From positions 1 to 57,363 of IMG/VR virus record IMGVR_UViG_3300020420_000002: a DNA stretch of 57,363 nucleotides; one strand, given 5' to 3'. Below the pieces are notes generated by a model. That model was not told where the DNA came from and made no database searches. It was given only the letters and a program-made list of their open reading frames with translations. Origin of the DNA: a virus (taxonomy: Duplodnaviria > Caudoviricetes). Positions 5,913 through 15,087 of the stretch are shown piece by piece. The position numbers were made by a program, and so were the translations under genes. Each line of letters starts with the position of its first letter. Position 1 is the first letter of the stretch.

Positions 5913-6017
5913 TTTTTTGCGATCCCCCCTTTGGCTAGTAGGGGTCCCAGACATACACTATAGTGTTTGATTTACTCAGTCATTCGGATATAATACTTTC
6001 TACCCATATTGAATTAT

Positions 6018-7493
6018 ATGCTAACAGTACAAGATATAAATAAAATTGAAGATCCTATCGAAAGAAAAAAACTAAAGATACAGATCATACAAAGACATCA
6101 AAGAAAAGAGCTCAAACAAATTCGTACCAATTTTTTGACTTTTGTAAAAAAGATGTGGCCAGATTTTATAGAGGGGTCCCACCATGAGACTATCGCAGAT
6201 AAGTTTAATAAACTTGCAACAGGAGAGCTCACTCGTTTAATTATCAATATGCCACCCAGGCATACCAAATCAGAATTTGCATCATTCTTTTTACCTGCTT
6301 GGATGATCGGGCAGAATCCAAAATTAAAAATTATTCAAGCAACTCACACAGCCGAGCTTGCAATAAACTTTGGAAGAAAAACAAAACATCTAATTGATTC
6401 TAGTGAATATCAAAATGTTTTTAAAACAAGACTCCAAGAAGATAGTAAAGCTGCAGGACGTTGGAATACTTCTGATGGCGGTGAGTATTTTGCAGTCGGT
6501 GTCCAAGGTGCGGTAACCGGTAGAGGTGCAGACTTATTAATTATAGATGATCCACATTCAGAGCAAGATGTGAGCTCACCAAATGCATTCGATAAAGCAT
6601 ACGAGTGGTATACTAGTGGACCGAGGCAAAGGCTTCAACCAGGAGGAAGAATTGTTTTGGTTATGACACGTTGGTCAACAAAAGATCTTACACAAAAATT
6701 ATTAAACGCACAGTCGAACGAGAACGGTGATCAGTGGGACGTGATTGAGTTTCCTGCGGTCTTACCTAATGGTAAACCAGTCTGGCCAGAATATTGGAAG
6801 CTCGAGGACCTCGAATCTGTTAAGGCGGCAACAGGTGTTGCAAAATGGAACGCGCAGTACATGCAGAACCCAACATCAGAAGAAGGAGCTCTAATCAAAA
6901 GAGAGTGGTGGAAAGATTGGGAACACGATCATTTACCAGTTATCGATCACATTATTCAAAGTTACGATACAGCATATCTTAAAAAAGAGACTGCCGATTA
7001 TTCTGCTATTACAACATGGGGAATTTTTCGTCCGAACGAGGACAGCGGACCTAATTTAATATTATTAGATTCGTTTAAAGATAGGTTAGAGTTTCCAGAA
7101 CTTCGTCGTGTTGCATTAGAACAATATAAATATTGGAATCCTGAAACAGTTATCATAGAAGCAAAAGCATCAGGACTTCCGTTGATGTACGAATTACGAC
7201 AGATGGGAATTCCTGCTATGAATTTTACACCATCAAAAGGTCAAGATAAAATTGCAAGAGTTAATGCAGTCTCTCCTATGTTCGAAGCCGGACAAGTGTG
7301 GGCACCTTTGAAAGAAGAGTTTGCCCAAGAGTTAGTTGAAGAGTGTGCTGCGTTTCCATATGGCGACCATGATGATTTAGTTGACTCCACGACTCAAGCT
7401 CTGTTAAGATACAGACAAGGTGGTTTAGTAAGACACCCAGAAGACTATCAAGATGAACCTGGTCCCAAACGTAAAAAGAAGTTTTATTGGTAA
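6018..7493 (+). CDS. terL: Terminase large subunit
   Basis: INMPPRHTKS Walker A, LLIIDDP Walker B, SYDTA and HDDLVDS nuclease motifs. Confidence 0.95.
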   Translation: MLTVQDINKIEDPIERKKLKIQIIQRHQRKELKQIRTNFLTFVKKMWPDFIEGSHHETIADKFNKLATGELTRLIINMPPRHTKSEFASFFLPAWMIGQNPKLKIIQATHTAELAINFGRKTKHLIDSSEYQNVFKTRLQEDSKAAGRWNTSDGGEYFAVGVQGAVTGRGADLLIIDDPHSEQDVSSPNAFDKAYEWYTSGPRQRLQPGGRIVLVMTRWSTKDLTQKLLNAQSNENGDQWDVIEFPAVLPNGKPVWPEYWKLEDLESVKAATGVAKWNAQYMQNPTSEEGALIKREWWKDWEHDHLPVIDHIIQSYDTAYLKKETADYSAITTWGIFRPNEDSGPNLILLDSFKDRLEFPELRRVALEQYKYWNPETVIIEAKASGLPLMYELRQMGIPAMNFTPSKGQDKIARVNAVSPMFEAGQVWAPLKEEFAQELVEECAAFPYGDHDDLVDSTTQALLRYRQGGLVRHPEDYQDEPGPKRKKKFYW

Positions 7494-7675
7494 TGACATT
7501 TGTATTCAAACATCCTAGTAAATATAAGAAAAATCCAACATTGGTCAAAAACATGAAACATGTTAAACGAGACCAGATACCACCTTTAAGTGGCCCTGAT
7601 CCACGAGGCTTGATTAATGAATCAAAAGAGGATAAACCTAATCAATTGGAGAAAATAAATGGCAGAAATAGATAA
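7493..7675 (+). CDS. Small hypothetical protein (PPLSGPDPRGL)
   Basis: Fills the terL-portal gap with overlaps. Confidence 0.65.
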   Translation: MTFVFKHPSKYKKNPTLVKNMKHVKRDQIPPLSGPDPRGLINESKEDKPNQLEKINGRNR

Positions 7676-10148
7676 ATCGTTAACCGAAGTAACAAAATCG
7701 GTAGAGATAGATGGGCCCGAGGAACAAGTCGAGCTTCAAGAAAATATTGTTGAAAGTTTACCTAACGCAGGAGAAACAGAAATTACCCCAACCGAAGATG
7801 GCGGTGTGGAGATTAATTTTGAACCTGGAGCATTTAATCAAGCACAAAGTGAAAACCACTTTGACAATTTAGCAGAATTATTACCAGACGATATATTAGG
7901 TCCTTTAGGTTCAGAGTTAAATCAAAACTATATGGACTACAAGGAGTCCCGTAAAGAATGGGAACGAACTTACATTACAGGTTTAGATTTATTAGGATTT
8001 AAATACGAAGATAGAACAGAACCTTTTTCTGGTGCAGCAGGAGCTACACACCCAGTTCTTGCAGAAGCGGTTACACAATTTCAAGCACAGGCCTACAAAG
8101 AATTACTCCCGGCCGACGGACCAGTAAGAACTCAGATCATAGGAGCCCCTTCTCCTGAAAAAGAAATGCAATCAACTAGAGTAAAAGATTTTATGAATTA
8201 CCAGTTGATGGATCAGATGAAGGAATACGAACCTGAGTTTGATCAGTTATTATTTTATTTACCACTTGCAGGATCTGCATTTAAAAAAGTTTACTATGAT
8301 GAATTATTAGGTAGAGCAGTTTCAAAATTTGTACCTGCAGAAGATTTAGTAGTCCCTTATAGTGCAACATCTTTAGAAGATGCAACAGCCGTTGTTCATT
8401 TAGTTAAGACTAAAGAAAATGATTTAACAAAACAAATGGTATCTGGTTTTTATAGAGATGTAGAAATTGGTCAACCTGGAGAAACAGAGTCTGATCTAGA
8501 GAGAAAAGAAAGAGAGCTAGAAGGAATTACAAAAACAAAAGACGAAGACATTTATAATATTTTAGAATTCCATGTTGATTTAGATTTAGAAGGTTTTGAA
8601 GATAGAGATCAACAAGGTCAACCTACAGGAGTTAAACTTCCATACATTGTAACAATCGAAGAAGCATCACGTGAAATATTATCCATTAGAAGAAATTATG
8701 AAATAGGAGATCCTTTAAGAAAAAAGATTTCTTACTTCGTACATTTTAAATTTTTACCCGGTTTAGGTTTTTATGGTTTTGGATTAATTCACATGATTGG
8801 TGGTCTATCAAGAACTGCAACAGCAGCTTTAAGATCACTACTAGACGCTGGTACTCTCTCCAATCTACCAGCAGGATTCAAGATGCGCGGCATCAGAATT
8901 AGAGATGACGCGCAATCCATAACTCCAGGTGAGTTTAGAGATGTTGATGCTCCAGGTGGAAATATAAAAGATGCTTTTATGGCCCTACCGTTTAAGGAAC
9001 CATCACAAACTTTATTACAGCTTATGGGTGTCGTTGTATCAGCCGGACAGCGTTTCGCGTCCACAGCTGACCTTCAAGTAGGAGATGGGAACCAACAAGC
9101 AGCAGTGGGGACGACAGTGGCTTTGTTGGAGCGAGGAAGCAGAACAATGTCTGCGATTCACAAAAGAATTTATGTGAGTCTTAAGAATGAGTTTAAAATG
9201 CTTGCTCGAGTATTTAAATTATATTTACCAGAACAATATCCTTACGATGTTGTTGGTGGTCAAAGGATGATTAAGAAGCAAGACTTTGACGACAAGATAG
9301 ATATTTTACCGATCGCCGATCCAAATATATTTTCTCAGACACAAAGAATATCAATTGCTCAAGCAGAATTACAGTTAGCACAATCTAATCCTGCAATGCA
9401 CAACATGTATAATGCGTATCGTGCAATGTACGAAGCTCTCGGTGTAAAAAATATTGACATGATTTTAAAACCTGTAGCAAGACCAGTTCCAATGGACCCA
9501 AGTGTTGAAGCAATTCAAGCTTTAGCAGGAAAACCTTTCCAAGCTTTTAAAGGACAAGACCATAGAGCTCACATTACTGCTCATTTAAACTTTATGACGT
9601 CATCAATGGCTAGAAATAATCCAATGGTAACAGCTTCTATGCAAAAAAATATTTTTGAACACATTTCTTTGATGGCATTAGAGCAAGTTGAGGTAGAATT
9701 TAAAGATCAAATTCTTCAAATGCAGCAAATGCAACAACAGATGCAAGCAAATCCTGCTTTAGCACAAGATCCGCAGCTTCAACAACAGATGATGGCGTTA
9801 AATATGCAGATTGAGTCTAGAAAAGCAGTGTTAATTGCAGAAATGTTTGAAGATTATGCAAAAGAAGAGCAAGAATTGATGGGCGAGTACGGAAATGACC
9901 CGATCGCTAAGTTAAAAGCAAGAGAATTGGACATCAGAGCTAAAGATGACTTTGTAAAAGCGGAACAAGCGCAAGAAAAAATTAATCTTGACCGAATGAA
10001 AGCAATGATGAACCAACAAAACAAGGATGAGAAGCTCGAACAGAACGAAGAACTTGCAGAATTGAGAGCGGCTACGTCTCTTGCAAAACAAGAAATGGCT
10101 AACCAAAGTAAGATTCACGATTTTGGTAGAAATTTTAGAAAAAAATAA
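7659..10148 (+). CDS. Portal protein (P22-like, long Gln-rich C-terminal barrel)
   Basis: Position after terL; HPVLAEAVTQFQAQAY, GSAFKKVYYD, GLGFYGFGL motifs. Confidence 0.9.
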   Translation: MAEIDKSLTEVTKSVEIDGPEEQVELQENIVESLPNAGETEITPTEDGGVEINFEPGAFNQAQSENHFDNLAELLPDDILGPLGSELNQNYMDYKESRKEWERTYITGLDLLGFKYEDRTEPFSGAAGATHPVLAEAVTQFQAQAYKELLPADGPVRTQIIGAPSPEKEMQSTRVKDFMNYQLMDQMKEYEPEFDQLLFYLPLAGSAFKKVYYDELLGRAVSKFVPAEDLVVPYSATSLEDATAVVHLVKTKENDLTKQMVSGFYRDVEIGQPGETESDLERKERELEGITKTKDEDIYNILEFHVDLDLEGFEDRDQQGQPTGVKLPYIVTIEEASREILSIRRNYEIGDPLRKKISYFVHFKFLPGLGFYGFGLIHMIGGLSRTATAALRSLLDAGTLSNLPAGFKMRGIRIRDDAQSITPGEFRDVDAPGGNIKDAFMALPFKEPSQTLLQLMGVVVSAGQRFASTADLQVGDGNQQAAVGTTVALLERGSRTMSAIHKRIYVSLKNEFKMLARVFKLYLPEQYPYDVVGGQRMIKKQDFDDKIDILPIADPNIFSQTQRISIAQAELQLAQSNPAMHNMYNAYRAMYEALGVKNIDMILKPVARPVPMDPSVEAIQALAGKPFQAFKGQDHRAHITAHLNFMTSSMARNNPMVTASMQKNIFEHISLMALEQVEVEFKDQILQMQQMQQQMQANPALAQDPQLQQQMMALNMQIESRKAVLIAEMFEDYAKEEQELMGEYGNDPIAKLKARELDIRAKDDFVKAEQAQEKINLDRMKAMMNQQNKDEKLEQNEELAELRAATSLAKQEMANQSKIHDFGRNFRKK

Positions 10149-10172
10149 ATATAATAACTTGAAGGAGAAAAT

Positions 10173-10406
10173 ATGGCTTTAAAAGATAAAATGTCAGTAG
10201 GCAGAAAAGGAGAAGTTGTAATGGCTAACGCAACTGGTGGGCAAGAAATTCCTACACCAGAAGTAAAAACTGCAATTGATCCTAGATCTGAAATTCTTAC
10301 TAACCAAGACAGAGTCTACAACAAAATTGGTGTTGGAGAAGAAGTAGAAGTTAGAGGAACTAGAAGAATGCTGAAGTCTAAAAGTAAAAAAGCAACTTGG
10401 TACTAG
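10173..10406 (+). CDS. Hypothetical protein
   Basis: RBS AAGGAG; operon position. Confidence 0.75.
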   Translation: MALKDKMSVGRKGEVVMANATGGQEIPTPEVKTAIDPRSEILTNQDRVYNKIGVGEEVEVRGTRRMLKSKSKKATWY

Positions 10407-10407
10407 T

Positions 10408-10794
10408 ATGTGGTTATCAGCAATCAAATTAGCTGTCTCTGCGGGTAGTAAAATTTATGCTAACAAGCAAAGGGCAAAAGTCGCAATGTCCGATGCACAG
10501 CTATTGCACGCTGAACGACAAGCTCGAGGTGAGGAAGCTTACCAGGGTAAGTTGTTAGAGGCACGTCAGAATGACTACAAGGACGAGTTCGTTCTTGTCA
10601 TACTAAGCGCGCCCATAATTGTGCTCGCTTGGGGGGTCTTCTCGGACGATCCGGGCGCTCTCGATAAAGTAAAAACTTTCTTCGAGCATTTTGCGGCGCT
10701 GCCGACCTGGTTCAGTACCCTTTGGATCCTCGTCGTCGGAAGTATTTTTGGAATAAAGGGAACACAAATCTTTAAAAACGGAGGAAAAAAATAA
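10408..10794 (+). CDS. Putative holin (3TM/GTA-holin-like)
   Basis: KDEFVLVILSAP...LPTWF...VVGSIFGIKG transmembrane pattern. Confidence 0.6.
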   Translation: MWLSAIKLAVSAGSKIYANKQRAKVAMSDAQLLHAERQARGEEAYQGKLLEARQNDYKDEFVLVILSAPIIVLAWGVFSDDPGALDKVKTFFEHFAALPTWFSTLWILVVGSIFGIKGTQIFKNGGKK

Positions 10795-11138
10795 TGCCAA
10801 ACAGAAGATTTAATAAACAAGTTGCTAATTCTAGAGCTGCTATGATGGCAGGTGGAAGAGCAAAGAAAAAAGGTGGTGGGAATATGATTTCTGGCACTGC
10901 AAGAAAAGACGAAGCATCTGGATATTACACACCTGACATGGGTATGAGAGGTGGAGCAATGATGAAAAAAGGTGGTAAAGTCGGTAAGAAAAAACAAGGT
11001 TACAAAGCTAGAAAAGATGAGTCTATTGCTATGAGAATTAAAAAGAAAAGAACTAAGAAGCAATTAAAAGCTTCAAGAGATGATTCTTATGGTAAGTTTG
11101 GATCTAAAGCTAAAAAATCTGGTAAAATAAATAGGTAG
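10794..11138 (+). CDS. Small Lys/Arg/Gly-rich basic protein
   Basis: Composition; repeated xxGG motifs. Confidence 0.75.
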   Translation: MPNRRFNKQVANSRAAMMAGGRAKKKGGGNMISGTARKDEASGYYTPDMGMRGGAMMKKGGKVGKKKQGYKARKDESIAMRIKKKRTKKQLKASRDDSYGKFGSKAKKSGKINR

Positions 11139-11141
11139 GTC

Positions 11142-11378
11142 ATGAACACTAGAAGAATGAATAGACTAGAGGAGCTCGGTAGAGTTGACGCTGAAAAAGG
11201 GTTTACTAAAAAAGGTAAAAGAAATCTTAAAGATGAAAAGAAAAGAATCGTCAGAGAATTAAAAAATAAAGGCGGCGCTTTAAAACCAGTTAAGCCATCT
11301 CAAAAAGGTTTAAAAAAATTACCTACAAAAGTTAGAAACAAAATGGGCTATATGAAAAAAGGTGGAAGAGCTAAGTAA
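11142..11378 (+). CDS. Small basic protein
   Basis: KGLKKLPTKVRNKMGYMKKGG. Confidence 0.75.
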   Translation: MNTRRMNRLEELGRVDAEKGFTKKGKRNLKDEKKRIVRELKNKGGALKPVKPSQKGLKKLPTKVRNKMGYMKKGGRAK

Positions 11379-11512
11379 TGGCTGGTCCTGGTTTATATGC
11401 CAACATCCACGCTAAAAGAAAGCGTGGAGGTAAAATGCGTAAGAAAGGTGCAAAGGGTGCACCGACAGCAGCTAACTTTAAAAGAGCAAAACAAACAGTG
11501 AGAAAAAAATAA
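11378..11512 (+). CDS. Small basic protein (44 aa)
   Basis: Manual translation MAGPGLYANIHAKRKRGGKMRKKGAKGAPTAANFKRAKQTVRKK*; TAATG overlaps at both ends. Confidence 0.75.
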   Translation: MAGPGLYANIHAKRKRGGKMRKKGAKGAPTAANFKRAKQTVRKK

Positions 11513-11823
11513 TGACTAAACTTTGTCCTAGAGGTAAATCGGCAGCGAAGAGAAAATTTAAAGTTTATCCGTCAGCATATGCAAATGCATACGCTTCTAA
11601 AATTTGTGCAGGTAAAATTAAAGATCCTTCTGGAGTTAAAAGAAAAGATTTTAGAGGACCTAAACCTAATAAAGCAAAAGGTGGTAGAATTTACAAAGCA
11701 GGCGGTGGAGTTGCCGAGGCAACTGCAAGACTTAGAAGACAAGGTTTAAAAAAAGGATCTGTTGCTAGAGGTTGTGGAGCGATTATGTCCAACCGAGCAA
11801 AAGAAACAAAAATGTATACATAA
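11512..11823 (+). CDS. Small basic protein
   Basis: CPRGKSAAKRKFKVYPSAYANAYASKIC. Confidence 0.75.
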   Translation: MTKLCPRGKSAAKRKFKVYPSAYANAYASKICAGKIKDPSGVKRKDFRGPKPNKAKGGRIYKAGGGVAEATARLRRQGLKKGSVARGCGAIMSNRAKETKMYT

Positions 11824-11824
11824 G

Positions 11825-12103
11825 ATGGCTGGTTTAAAAACATGGTTCGATCAAAAATGGGTAGATATTGGTTCCAAGAAAAAGGATGGTTCATTTTCAA
11901 AATGTGGCCGTTCAAAACAAAAAGCAGATGCGAAACGAAAGTACCCGAAGTGCGTCCCACTTGCAAAAGCCACACGGATGAGCGACTCGCAAAGGGCGAG
12001 TGCTGTCAGCAGAAAAAGAGCTGCGGGTAACACAGGACCTAAACCAACTAACGTTGCAACATTTAAGAAAAGAAAAAGAGCATTCATTGGAGGGATAATA
12101 TGA
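11825..12103 (+). CDS. Small basic protein (DUF5872-like)
   Basis: MAGLKTWFDQKWVDI...CGR...YPKCVP; ATG at 11825. Confidence 0.7.
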   Translation: MAGLKTWFDQKWVDIGSKKKDGSFSKCGRSKQKADAKRKYPKCVPLAKATRMSDSQRASAVSRKRAAGNTGPKPTNVATFKKRKRAFIGGII

Positions 12104-12483
12104 AAATGCCAAACACAAAATATGATGGCAGTTACATAATGGGTGGTCCAGGAACTAATCAGAGTTATAAAAAGTATTACGGAAGCATGCTTAAAGGTTT
12201 TAAAAGAGGTGGTGACGTAATGCCTAAAAGAAATAAAAAAAATTTTAGACCAACTGAAAAAGGTGCGGGTATGACTCAAGCCGGAGTAAAAGCTTATAGA
12301 GCAGCAAACCCTGGTTCTAAATTAAAAACAGCTGTAACTGGTAAAGTTAAAAAAGGGTCCGCTGCCGCTAAAAGACGAAAGTCTTACTGCGCAAGAAGTG
12401 CAGGACAAATGAAAAAATTTCCTAAAGCTGCAAGAGACCCTAATTCAAGACTAAGACAAGCTCGTAGAAGATGGAAATGTTAA
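12100..12483 (+). CDS. Basic protein (DUF6321-like)
   Basis: GMTQAGVKAYRAANPGSKLK...RRKSYCARS...NSRLRQARRRWKC. Confidence 0.7.
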   Translation: MKMPNTKYDGSYIMGGPGTNQSYKKYYGSMLKGFKRGGDVMPKRNKKNFRPTEKGAGMTQAGVKAYRAANPGSKLKTAVTGKVKKGSAAAKRRKSYCARSAGQMKKFPKAARDPNSRLRQARRRWKC

Positions 12484-12621
12484 ATGAAAAAAGCTAAATT
12501 AAAAATAAAAAAAGTAATGAAAGGTTTGCAGAAAGCGTCTAAAACACATGCTGCACAAGCGAAGACTTTGAAAGGAGTATTACATGGCGGATCCAAAAAA
12601 AGGAACCGGAAAAAAGCCTAA
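12484..12621 (+). CDS. Small basic protein (45 aa)
   Basis: Manual translation MKKAKLKIKKVMKGLQKASKTHAAQAKTLKGVLHGGSKKRNRKKA*. Confidence 0.65.
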   Translation: MKKAKLKIKKVMKGLQKASKTHAAQAKTLKGVLHGGSKKRNRKKA

Positions 12622-12865
12622 AGGTTCTGGCAGAAGATTATATACCGACGAAAATCCTAAAGATACTGTGGGTATAAAATTTGCAACACCTACGGATGCT
12701 AGAAAAACTGTAGCTAAAGTAAAAAAAATTTCAAAACCATTTGCTAGAAAAATACAAATTTTAACTGTTGGTGAACAGCGCGCCAAAGTTATGGGTAAAA
12801 ACAAAGTCGCTGCAATATTTAAAAAAGGTAAAGAGTCTATTAGGAAAGGTAAAAAAAATGGATGA
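12584..12865 (+). CDS. Small basic protein
   Basis: MADPKKGTGKKPKGSGRRLYTDENPKDTV; RBS AAGGAG. Confidence 0.75.
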   Translation: MADPKKGTGKKPKGSGRRLYTDENPKDTVGIKFATPTDARKTVAKVKKISKPFARKIQILTVGEQRAKVMGKNKVAAIFKKGKESIRKGKKNG

Positions 12866-13097
12866 GTTAACTTTAATAACTAAAATACAAAAAAATTTAA
12901 AAGAATCTTATCAAAGGATAGGAGACGCCATGATTGCTGGAGGCGTTGACAATATGGAAAAATATAAGTATATGTTAGGACAAGCGCACGCTTACCAAAC
13001 TATTTCAGGGGAAATATCCAACCTGCTAAACAAAGGAGCTAAAGATGGAAACGGAAAAGTCGTCGATATCAGAGACGAAAGAAGTCCCAAAGCATAA
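12858..13097 (+). CDS. Hypothetical protein upstream of GroES
   Basis: ATG at 12858; GGVDNMEKYKYMLG. Confidence 0.7.
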   Translation: MDELTLITKIQKNLKESYQRIGDAMIAGGVDNMEKYKYMLGQAHAYQTISGEISNLLNKGAKDGNGKVVDIRDERSPKA

Positions 13098-13518
13098 AAA
13101 CGCTTTGGCAGAAAAGTACAAAAAACAAAACGAAGATGAACATCAAAAAGAAGTTGATGGTTACGAACGTTTAAAATCAAAAGAGTCAGAAAAATTACCT
13201 CAACCTACAGGGTGGAGACTTTTAGTTTTACCTTTTAAGATGCCGGAGAAAACTAAAGGTGGTCTTTATCTAGGAGCGGACACTTTAGAAAGACAACAAG
13301 TTGCATCTACATGTGGTTTAGTTTTAGAGATGGGACCACATTGTTATGACAAAGAAAAATTTCCTGAAGGGCCTTGGTGTAAAAAAGGTGATTGGGTAAT
13401 TTTTGCTAGATATGCTGGATCTAGAATTCAGATCGATGGCGGGGAAGTAAGATTGCTAAATGATGATGAAGTTTTAGCAACCATCGATAAACCCGAAGAT
13501 ATTCTTCATCAATATTAA
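13045..13518 (+). CDS. groES: Co-chaperonin GroES (Cpn10) family
   Basis: PTGWRLLV..KTKGGLYL..GDWVIFARYAG..RLLNDDEVLA. Confidence 0.9.
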   Translation: METEKSSISETKEVPKHKNALAEKYKKQNEDEHQKEVDGYERLKSKESEKLPQPTGWRLLVLPFKMPEKTKGGLYLGADTLERQQVASTCGLVLEMGPHCYDKEKFPEGPWCKKGDWVIFARYAGSRIQIDGGEVRLLNDDEVLATIDKPEDILHQY

Positions 13519-13532
13519 CATAGGAGGATGCT

Positions 13533-14576
13533 ATGCAAAACGTAGACAAACCCGTTGACATCGATACATCTGGTCCAGGTGCGGAAATAGAGTTAGACGA
13601 GAATAAAGAAACTCTTGTTGAAGGTGTAGTTGTACAAGACGACAAACAAACTTACGAAAAGAAAAAAGAACATGGAACGGATATATCGTATGAAAACGAA
13701 CGTGAAACAAAACTTGAAGACGGTGGTAGCGCCGATGACGCAAATGCGAAATCTGATGAGCCAACTGATGTTCAAAATGAAAAAACAGAAAGTAAAGACC
13801 AAAAGAAAGAATTAGAAGAATACTCTGATGGAGTAAAAAGAAGAATTGCTAAACTAACTAAAAAAATGCGTGAAGCAGAAAGACGTGAAGAAGCTGCAAC
13901 TATTTATGCAAAAAGTGTTTTAGCAGAGAAAGAAAAGTTAAGTACAAAACTTGCAAAATTAGATACAGGATTTGTATCTGAAAAAGAAAGTAGAATTAAA
14001 TCTGGAATGGAAGCTGCCGTAGCTAAGTTAGCTAAGGCTAGAGAAGACGGTGACATGAAAGGCGAAGTCGCTGCAACAGCTGAAATTTCTAGATTAGGTT
14101 ATGAAGAGGCTAGACTTGCAGATTTAAAATCACAACAAGCTGAATCTCAACCTCAAACATTAGTACAAAACCAACCTCAAGAACAAGTGGAAGTTCCAAG
14201 AAGAGTGGATCCAAGAGCTCAAGATTGGGCTAGAACCAATGCATGGTTTAATAAAGATCCAGTCATGACTGAAGGAGCAAAAGTAATACACAGACAATTG
14301 ACAGAAATTGAAGGATATGATCCTAATTCTGAACCGGATGACTATTATAAAGAAATAGACCGAAGAATTAGACTTGAATTTCCCCACAAGTTTGATACAA
14401 CTGCTTCTACGGAAACGGCCAAACCTACTCAAACTGTTGCATCCGCAACGCGTAGTAGTAAAACATCGGGTCGCAAAATTGTGAAACTCACGCCTTCACA
14501 GGTAGCAATTGCTAATAAATTAGGTGTGCCACTTAAAGACTATGCGGAACAATTAAAAATCACGGAAGGAGTATAG
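13533..14576 (+). CDS. Probable capsid scaffolding protein
   Basis: Acidic coiled coil; C-terminal LTPSQVAIANKLGVPLKDYA; upstream of the capsid genes. Confidence 0.7.
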   Translation: MQNVDKPVDIDTSGPGAEIELDENKETLVEGVVVQDDKQTYEKKKEHGTDISYENERETKLEDGGSADDANAKSDEPTDVQNEKTESKDQKKELEEYSDGVKRRIAKLTKKMREAERREEAATIYAKSVLAEKEKLSTKLAKLDTGFVSEKESRIKSGMEAAVAKLAKAREDGDMKGEVAATAEISRLGYEEARLADLKSQQAESQPQTLVQNQPQEQVEVPRRVDPRAQDWARTNAWFNKDPVMTEGAKVIHRQLTEIEGYDPNSEPDDYYKEIDRRIRLEFPHKFDTTASTETAKPTQTVASATRSSKTSGRKIVKLTPSQVAIANKLGVPLKDYAEQLKITEGV

Positions 14577-14577
14577 C

Positions 14578-15036
14578 ATGGAAAAAGACGATAAAAAAAC
14601 TTCACGTGCGAGTCAGACTAGAGAAAAAACATCTCGACCAAAAGTCTGGTCTCCACCATCTTTATTAGATGCACCCCCTGCACCGGCAGGATATGTACAT
14701 AGATGGCTAAGAGCTGAGTCTATGGGATTCGACGATTCTAAAAACGTACAAGGTCGTATAAGATCTGGGTACGAATTAGTAAGAGCCGATGAATATAACG
14801 AAGTAGATTATGCAGTTGTACAGGACGGTAAATACAAGGGAGTGATCGGTCAAGGTGGCCTAGTGCTCGCTAGAGTACCCGAAGAGATCGCGAAACAATA
14901 CGCCGAATATTACGCAAGACAGGCGCGAGATCAAGAGGAAGCTTTTGATAACGATCTCATGAAGGAAGAGCATCCAAGTATGCCTATCAATATTGATAGA
15001 AATACTCGTGTAACTTTTGGTGGTACCAAGAAATAG
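14578..15036 (+). CDS. Conserved head-module protein
   Basis: WSPPSLLDAPPAPAGYVHRWLR; position. Confidence 0.75.
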   Translation: MEKDDKKTSRASQTREKTSRPKVWSPPSLLDAPPAPAGYVHRWLRAESMGFDDSKNVQGRIRSGYELVRADEYNEVDYAVVQDGKYKGVIGQGGLVLARVPEEIAKQYAEYYARQARDQEEAFDNDLMKEEHPSMPINIDRNTRVTFGGTKK

Positions 15037-15087
15037 TTTTTTAACAATTTCTAGTTCATCATTTAAATTAACAAATGGAGATAAACT

